From: an uncultured Bacteroidales bacterium
Lineage (GTDB): Bacteria; Bacteroidota; Bacteroidia; Bacteroidales; UBA4181
Direction: 5' to 3'
DNA length: 62,154 nucleotides
Assembly (NCBI GenBank): GCA_964451605.1
Contig: CAYVJA010000007.1
Location: forward strand, 1-62,154
How positions within the stretch are numbered: the stretch's first letter is position 1; every line of letters begins with the position of its first letter. This document shows, piece by piece, positions 57,695 through 62,154 of the stretch. The notes under the pieces are model-generated. The model ran no database searches. It saw nothing but the letters and a program-made list of their open reading frames with translations, and was not told where the DNA came from. The position numbers were made by a program, and so were the translations under genes.

Positions 57695-58030
57695 TTAATG
57701 GTCGCACAGGTTGTTTCCTGTTTCTAATTTTTGGTTCAGAAAGTCGGCCACCAGCTCTTCGGCCGGTTTGGGTCTGGCGCCGATTGATACCTCAATCTTT
57801 TGGGCCGAGAAGAGATCGAGAGCACGCTGACCTATTCCACCGGCAATGATGTGCGTAATTCCCTTTTCTGCCAACCATCCGGGCAACAACCCCGGTTCGT
57901 GAGGCGGCGGAGTAAGTAATGTGGTTCCGGTAATTTTTTCATTATCTACCTCAATCACTGCAAATTGTTCGCAGTGACCAAAGTGTGAACAGAGTCGTCC
58001 TCCTTCTAAGGGAATGGCAATTTTTTTCAT
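57695..58030 (-). CDS. NifX/NifB-C-terminal-type (dinitrogenase FeMo-cofactor-binding fold) small protein, copy 2
   Basis: From ATG 58030: MKKIAIPLEGGRLCSHFGHCEQFAVIEVD...GITHIIAGGIGQRALDLF. The track extension to 58174 overlaps copy 1. Confidence 0.65.
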   Translation of the reverse strand: MKKIAIPLEGGRLCSHFGHCEQFAVIEVDNEKITGTTLLTPPPHEPGLLPGWLAEKGITHIIAGGIGQRALDLFSAQKIEVSIGARPKPAEELVADFLNQKLETGNNLCDH

Positions 58031-58058
58031 TCGGTTAAGTTTTGGTTTAGCGGGAAAA

Positions 58059-58385
58059 TTATCGGGAATGATGATCCAGCATGGCAATGATCTGTTCAAT
58101 TCGCTTTTCCGGGTCGTGTAACATAACCATCTGGATTTGCAGGCTATCGAAGAGTGCCTTGATCTTTGCTCCAAACTCGCAGGAGATAACCTTCTTTACC
58201 TCTTTCGAGGCCACCAGTTGTACCGATGCCGGACCTGCGCCTTCCATACTCTCTTTATTGGGGTTGGGCACGAATTCCATGGCCCGGCTCTCGGTGTCGT
58301 AAATCACAAAGAAGTTGCAGCGTCCAAATCTGCAATCCAATTGTGCCTCGGGGCTATTCCCCGTCGATGTGATAGCTACTTTCAT
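58059..58385 (-). CDS. NifX/NifB-C-terminal-type small protein, copy 1
   Basis: MKVAITSTGNSPEAQLDCRFGRCNFFVIYDTES...VKKVISCEFGAKIKALF. 108 aa. Confidence 0.65.
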   Translation of the reverse strand: MKVAITSTGNSPEAQLDCRFGRCNFFVIYDTESRAMEFVPNPNKESMEGAGPASVQLVASKEVKKVISCEFGAKIKALFDSLQIQMVMLHDPEKRIEQIIAMLDHHSR

Positions 58386-58465
58386 GGAGTTTTATTTTAT
58401 TGTAACTGTGATGTTCGTTGCTTCGCTGTTTTTTTAAACGGGTTTATTCTGCCATAATACGACCA

Positions 58466-58897
58466 TTACAATGTGGGATGTTGCGTTGTGGCCTCCGATT
58501 GATATCGGACCACATTCGACGATCCGCACAATGCGCATGAGCTCACCTCGGTGGTTCGCTCCGGATGGTTGAACCAACATCCGCAGTGGTTGCAGGCGTA
58601 CCACTCGCTGTCGAAGTATACTTTTCCGCCCTCAAACAGTAGCGGCTTTCCTATTACCATTGCCTGAGCCAATTTTCGTCTGGCACTTTCGTAGATTCGT
58701 GTGTAGGTGGGCCTGGATACCTCCATCACAGCAGCAGCCTCTACCTGCCCCAACAATTCATAATCACTCAGCCGGATCGATTCGTACTCTTCGAAGTTCA
58801 TGACCACTGGAGAGTGTGGTTGATCCATTCCAATAGGATTGAATCCTCTGTAATGGGGAGGATTCTTCACTTTTCTGATGCGTTTGGGTCGAGCCAT
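58466..58897 (-). CDS. DUF134 (UPF0251) putative DNA-binding protein with a C-terminal CxxC...CxxC zinc-ribbon-like tail
   Basis: From ATG 58897: MARPKRIRKVKNPPHYRGFNPIG...EEYESIRLSDYELLGQVEAAAVMEVSRPTYTRIYESARRKLAQAM (sigma-70 region-4-like HTH), then CNHCGC...CALCGS. Confidence 0.75.
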   Translation of the reverse strand: MARPKRIRKVKNPPHYRGFNPIGMDQPHSPVVMNFEEYESIRLSDYELLGQVEAAAVMEVSRPTYTRIYESARRKLAQAMVIGKPLLFEGGKVYFDSEWYACNHCGCWFNHPERTTEVSSCALCGSSNVVRYQSEATTQHPTL

Positions 58898-58924
58898 AGC
58901 TGTGTTATGATCAAATGTTCGATA

Positions 58925-58932
58925 CAAAGGTA
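58925..58932 (-). promoter_or_regulatory. putative -7 box (TACCTTTG on the minus strand) for the DUF134-led operon
   Basis: Plus strand reads CAAAGGTA, 27 nt upstream of ATG 58897. Confidence 0.35.
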
Positions 58933-58974
58933 ATGAACATATGATAAAGTTTGAAGTTTTTTCCTATTTTTGTA

Positions 58975-58982
58975 AGGAATCT
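58975..58982 (+). promoter_or_regulatory. putative -7 box (TATTTTTG) for the divergent lipoprotein gene
   Basis: TAnnTTTG match 47 nt upstream of ATG 59030. Confidence 0.3.
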
Positions 58983-59029
58983 CCGGGCTTCTCCGGGGAG
59001 GTCTGCTTCTCTCACACACACATTTCCTG

Positions 59030-59665
59030 ATGAAACAGCTCCTTTTGCTCCTTTTTACCCTTTGTATTGGCGCCTGCACTTCGCCCAAGACCCCTGTGAA
59101 TGAGCTTCCGAAAGGCGCATTGTTCGATGGGAACTCCTTTGGCTCCTGGCGCCCTGTTCCCTTCGGGGGAGAGGCTACCCCTTATATTGACAGCGGCTGT
59201 ATGGTGTTGCCCATGGCTACGGCCGGTACGCTTACCGGTGTGCGGTATGAGGGGCCGGATACCTTGCCTGATAAGGATTACGAATTGCGCTTCGAAGCAA
59301 GGAGAATCAACGGACATGACTTTTTTGCCGGAGCCACTTTTCCCGTCGGGGGTTCGCATCTTACGCTTATCATGGGTGGATGGGGCGGCAGCGTCTGTGG
59401 GTTATCGAATATCGACGATTTGGATGCAGCTCAGAATGAGACACGATTTGTCTTTCCTTTTGCCAACCAGGTATGGTATGCTGTCAGGATCAGGGTTACT
59501 GCCCAAAAGGTAGAGGCCTGGTTCGATGATAAACAGGTGGTCGATTTTGTTACTACAGATCGCAAGCTCAACTTACGCCAGGAGGTGGTTCAAACGGCCC
59601 CCTGGGGTTTTTGTACCTTTCTTACAACGGGGGCAATTCGGAATATCGTGCTTTCACCCCTCTGA
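59030..59665 (+). CDS. secreted lipoprotein with concanavalin/LamG-like (DUF1080-like) jelly-roll domain
   Basis: Lipobox LFTLCIGAC, beta-rich sequence with the DYELRFEARRING..., WYAVRIRV..VEAWFDDKQV pattern. The family call is tentative. Confidence 0.45.
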   Translation: MKQLLLLLFTLCIGACTSPKTPVNELPKGALFDGNSFGSWRPVPFGGEATPYIDSGCMVLPMATAGTLTGVRYEGPDTLPDKDYELRFEARRINGHDFFAGATFPVGGSHLTLIMGGWGGSVCGLSNIDDLDAAQNETRFVFPFANQVWYAVRIRVTAQKVEAWFDDKQVVDFVTTDRKLNLRQEVVQTAPWGFCTFLTTGAIRNIVLSPL

Positions 59666-59673
59666 TTTTTGCC

Positions 59674-60552
59674 TTATTTTTGTTCCTGCAACGGTTTAAA
59701 GCCATCGCCCAATACTTCGGTTGCCTCCATAATTGATACAAAGGCCTCCGGATCGATCTCTCTTATATAGGTGTGTAAGATGGGTAATTCGCGTCTTGAG
59801 ATGTTGGTGAAGATCACCTTGCTCGGTTCGCCCTTGTACATCCCTTCGCCATGCAGGTAGGTGCCTCCTCTTCCCATATCGTGCAGGATACGCTCCCGGA
59901 TTTCCCCATGTTTCTTCGATATGATAAACACTGCCTTTTGATACTCCATACCCTCCAGTACCCCATCGATCACCTTTCCTGTTATGAAGATTACTATCCA
60001 GGAGTAGAGGGGTATCTTCCAGTCGCCAAACGCTGCCAGTCCAATTAGAACAATGGTAGAATCCACATAAACCAGAAGTTTACCCACCGATATCCGGGTA
60101 TACTTAGCCAGAATCATGGCTACAATATCGGTTCCGCCGGAGGTGCCTTTGGCCCTGAATACAATGCCCAGCCCCAACCCTATCAGAAAACCGCCGAAGA
60201 TAGCCGACAATAGCGCATCGCCCGGAACCAAAGGCGCATCGCCCCAAAGTGCCGAAAGCATATCGACAAAGATGGCTGTTGAGACGAATCCCACAATGGT
60301 TTTAGCCCCAAAGCGGGGTCCAAGGATTTTTATGCCCAGAATAGCCAAAGGAATGTCCATACATAACGAAACCAACCCGATGGGTGTTCCCAGCAGGTGA
60401 TGCAACACGATGGATATCCCGTAGACTCCTCCCGGAGCAAATTTGTAGGGCGAGATAAAAAATACCAGTGCAACAGCCACAATAAAGGTGCCTGCCAGCA
60501 CTCCGGCATAGTTAAGGATACCGGTTTTAGAGAAGAATTTTTCGGTGCGCAT
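59674..60552 (-). CDS. YitT-family membrane protein (with C-terminal DUF2179-like domain)
   Basis: Five or six TM helices with GGVYGISI and GTSGGTDI blocks, and a soluble C-terminal domain. Confidence 0.65.
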   Translation of the reverse strand: MRTEKFFSKTGILNYAGVLAGTFIVAVALVFFISPYKFAPGGVYGISIVLHHLLGTPIGLVSLCMDIPLAILGIKILGPRFGAKTIVGFVSTAIFVDMLSALWGDAPLVPGDALLSAIFGGFLIGLGLGIVFRAKGTSGGTDIVAMILAKYTRISVGKLLVYVDSTIVLIGLAAFGDWKIPLYSWIVIFITGKVIDGVLEGMEYQKAVFIISKKHGEIRERILHDMGRGGTYLHGEGMYKGEPSKVIFTNISRRELPILHTYIREIDPEAFVSIMEATEVLGDGFKPLQEQK

Positions 60553-60589
60553 AATCCAAACAATTAGGTATTGGGCATCTGGAGCGATG

Positions 60590-60597
60590 CAAAGGTA
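60590..60597 (-). promoter_or_regulatory. putative -7 box (TACCTTTG on the minus strand) for the YitT-family gene
   Basis: Plus strand reads CAAAGGTA, 37 nt upstream of ATG 60552. Confidence 0.3.
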
Positions 60598-60605
60598 CGG
60601 TTTTA

Positions 60606-60654
60606 ATGCTCTAGTGCTCTAATGCTCTAGTGCTCTAGTGCTGCGCTTCGCGCG
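60606..60654 (+). repeat. longest copy of the RTGCTCTA octamer / GCGCTTCGCGC intergenic repeat
   Basis: ATGCTCTA GTGCTCTA ATGCTCTA GTGCTCTA GTGCT GCGCTTCGCGCG. Confidence 0.85.
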
Positions 60655-60707
60655 AATAAAAAATGGGTCGACAAACTTATTTTGTCGAAGAGGCAGTTAT
60701 CTCCAAG

Positions 60708-62102
60708 TAGGGAGCCTGTACAAAATTTTGTGTAAACGGATAGCTGCTGTTTATTGAACGTCTCCACATCGGTCACCGAATTTAATCAAAAATTGATTCA
60801 TAAGCAGGCCCCAATGCTGGAGGGGTCTGGACCATTTCTTTTCTATGTTTTTAATTGCCAGGTATACAGCTTTTTGTGCTGACAAGTCATCCGGGAATAC
60901 TGTTTTTACTTTGGTATATTTTCGGATGGTAGCGTTCATGCTTTCGATCGCATTGGTGGTGTAAATGAGTTTTCGTATCTCCAGCGGAAAGTCATAATAG
61001 GCTGTAAGTTCTGCCCAGTTATTCTGCCAGGATTTAACCGCATATCCGTATTTGTCGCCCCATTTATTGGCAAAGGTCTCTAAGGCATCGTGAGCTGCTT
61101 GCTCATTAACCGCCCCATAAACGCTCTTTAAATCCGCGATGAATGCTCTGCGATCTTTCCACACTACATATCGGGAACAGTTTCGTATTTGATGCACTAT
61201 ACATAATTGGGCTGTGGTCTGAGGGAATGAAGCCTGGATGGCCTGTTGGATGCCGGTAAGGTTGTCTGTGCAGGTTATCAGAATATCCTTGACGCCACGA
61301 GCCTTGATGTCCGTCAACACATTCAGCCAGAAGGAGGCACTTTCAGTCTCATGAATCCACATACCTAACACCTCCTTATATCCCTCATTACTCAAGCCAA
61401 TCATCAAATAGATGGTCTTGTTGAGTATCCGCCCATTTTGGCGGATCTTAAAAACAATCCCATCCATCCAAACTACAAAATATACCGGATCCAGAGGCCG
61501 CTGTTGCCATTCTTTGATATCTTCCAGTACCGCATTAGTGATGTTGGATATAGAGCCTTCACTCACATCAATACCATACATCTCCCGAATGGTCTCCTCT
61601 ATATCCCGAACGGTCATACCTCGGGAATACATGGTGATAATAGCCTGTTCTATCTTGGCTGACATCCGTTGATGTTTGGGTACAATCACCGGTTCGAACG
61701 TGGCATTACGGTCTCTGGGAACATCAAGCGGTATCTCTCCCAAATTGGTCTTGAGCGTCTTTTCGCTGTAGCCATTGCGGCTATTTCCGCTGTTTTTGCC
61801 CGATGGATCATACTTGGAATAACCCAAATGTTCGTCAATTTCTGCCTTCAAAAAGGTCTGAATACCATGCTTGTAGAGTTCCTGAAAATAATCATCGAAC
61901 TCCTTGTGGGTTTTGATCTTACGGAGAGCTTCCTCCGGGATCTTGAAAAGTTCGTCATCTTTCATAATGCTGTTAATGAAGTTAAATGTAAATAAATTAC
62001 TACATTCATTCGCCCCCTGAGCCCTTTAGTGGCTCCAGGGCGAATGATAACCAGAGTTAACAGCTATCTGATCATTTACACAAAATTCTTTACACCCCCT
62101 TA
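60708..62102 (-). mobile_element. IS256-family insertion sequence, apparently intact (about 1.4 kb)
   Basis: A single transposase ORF flanked by imperfect terminal inverted repeats. TGTACAAAATTTTGTGTAAA (60717-60736) matches the reverse complement of 62075-62094 (TGTAAAGAATTTTGTGTAAA) at 18 of 20 positions, and GATAGCTG is shared further in. The outer boundaries are approximate. The element is visibly more AT-rich than its flanks. Confidence 0.8.
60751..61965 (-). CDS. IS256-family (MULE/Transposase_mut) DDE transposase
   Basis: 404 aa with VVWMDG, ITCTDNLTG and TTNAIESMNATIRKYTK blocks characteristic of IS256 transposases. Confidence 0.9.
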   Translation of the reverse strand: MKDDELFKIPEEALRKIKTHKEFDDYFQELYKHGIQTFLKAEIDEHLGYSKYDPSGKNSGNSRNGYSEKTLKTNLGEIPLDVPRDRNATFEPVIVPKHQRMSAKIEQAIITMYSRGMTVRDIEETIREMYGIDVSEGSISNITNAVLEDIKEWQQRPLDPVYFVVWMDGIVFKIRQNGRILNKTIYLMIGLSNEGYKEVLGMWIHETESASFWLNVLTDIKARGVKDILITCTDNLTGIQQAIQASFPQTTAQLCIVHQIRNCSRYVVWKDRRAFIADLKSVYGAVNEQAAHDALETFANKWGDKYGYAVKSWQNNWAELTAYYDFPLEIRKLIYTTNAIESMNATIRKYTKVKTVFPDDLSAQKAVYLAIKNIEKKWSRPLQHWGLLMNQFLIKFGDRCGDVQ

Positions 62103-62143
62103 GAGCACTTGAAGCGCCCTGGCGCTTCGAAGCATTAGAGCAC
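62101..62143 (-). repeat. inverted, diverged copy of the intergenic repeat abutting the IS256 right end
   Basis: TAGAGCAC-TTGAAGCGCC-CT-GGCGCTTCGAAG-CATTAGAGCAC. The reverse complement begins GTGCTCTAATGCT, as in the plus-orientation copies, and the centre forms a GAAGCGCC/GGCGCTTC hairpin. Confidence 0.7.
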
Positions 62144-62154
62144 CAGAGTAAAAG

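Noticed and set aside
57695-58385. Nitrogen-fixation (nif) locus
   Set aside because: Only the small NifX/NifB-C-type fold is present. There is no nifHDK, nifEN or radical-SAM NifB in the window, so I do not call nitrogen fixation.
60606-60654. Possible CRISPR array, given the short direct repeats
   Set aside because: The units are 8 bp, directly abutting with no spacers. No cas genes are in the window. The architecture is a tandem octamer array, not a CRISPR.
60700-62110. Target-site duplication flanking the IS256 element
   Set aside because: I compared 8-9 nt on either side of several plausible end positions and found no convincing direct repeat, so none is reported.

Overview
This is a chromosomal segment from a Bacteroidota genome. 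The evidence is a complete porP-gldK-gldL-gldM-gldN type IX secretion/gliding operon, gldD, TAnnTTTG-type -7 promoter boxes and lipoprotein-rich content. A 1Fe superoxide reductase and an Hdr-like Fe-S operon suggest an anaerobic or facultative member of the Bacteroidia. Almost the whole window is densely packed housekeeping DNA: patatin-barrel protein, comF, queC, ung, tatA, rseP, dxr, topA, tpx, mdh, dsbD-like, rng, HU, mutY, ssb, thiL, pgi, gpsA, lysS, purH, mreBCD-mrdA-rodA and sufBCDS-sufE-sufT. There are three tRNAs (initiator-like Met, Cys, Phe). I see no rRNA, CRISPR array, prophage or recognisable defence island. Four things stand out. (1) A tight eight-gene minus-strand operon (53666-58897) encodes a DUF134 regulator, two NifX-like proteins, two MinD-type ATPases with ferredoxin inserts, a C_GCAxxG_C_C protein and an HdrC/HdrB-like pair. 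All are Fe-S or thiol families with no defined joint function, and this is my best candidate for an undescribed system. (2) A dispersed intergenic repeat family of tandem RTGCTCTA octamers plus a GCGCTTCGCGC mini-palindrome occurs at four loci. (3) An intact IS256-family element sits between two of those repeat copies at the right edge. (4) A 30-codon lysine/arginine-rich bS22-like ORF is missing from the supplied track. Smaller oddities are a MerR/B12-domain-like regulator lacking the His ligand upstream of suf, an arginase-fold protein lacking its metal ligands and start-stop overlapped with topA, and an initiator-like tRNA with only two G:C pairs in the anticodon stem. All calls come from reading the sequence and translations by eye; no searches or computations were run.
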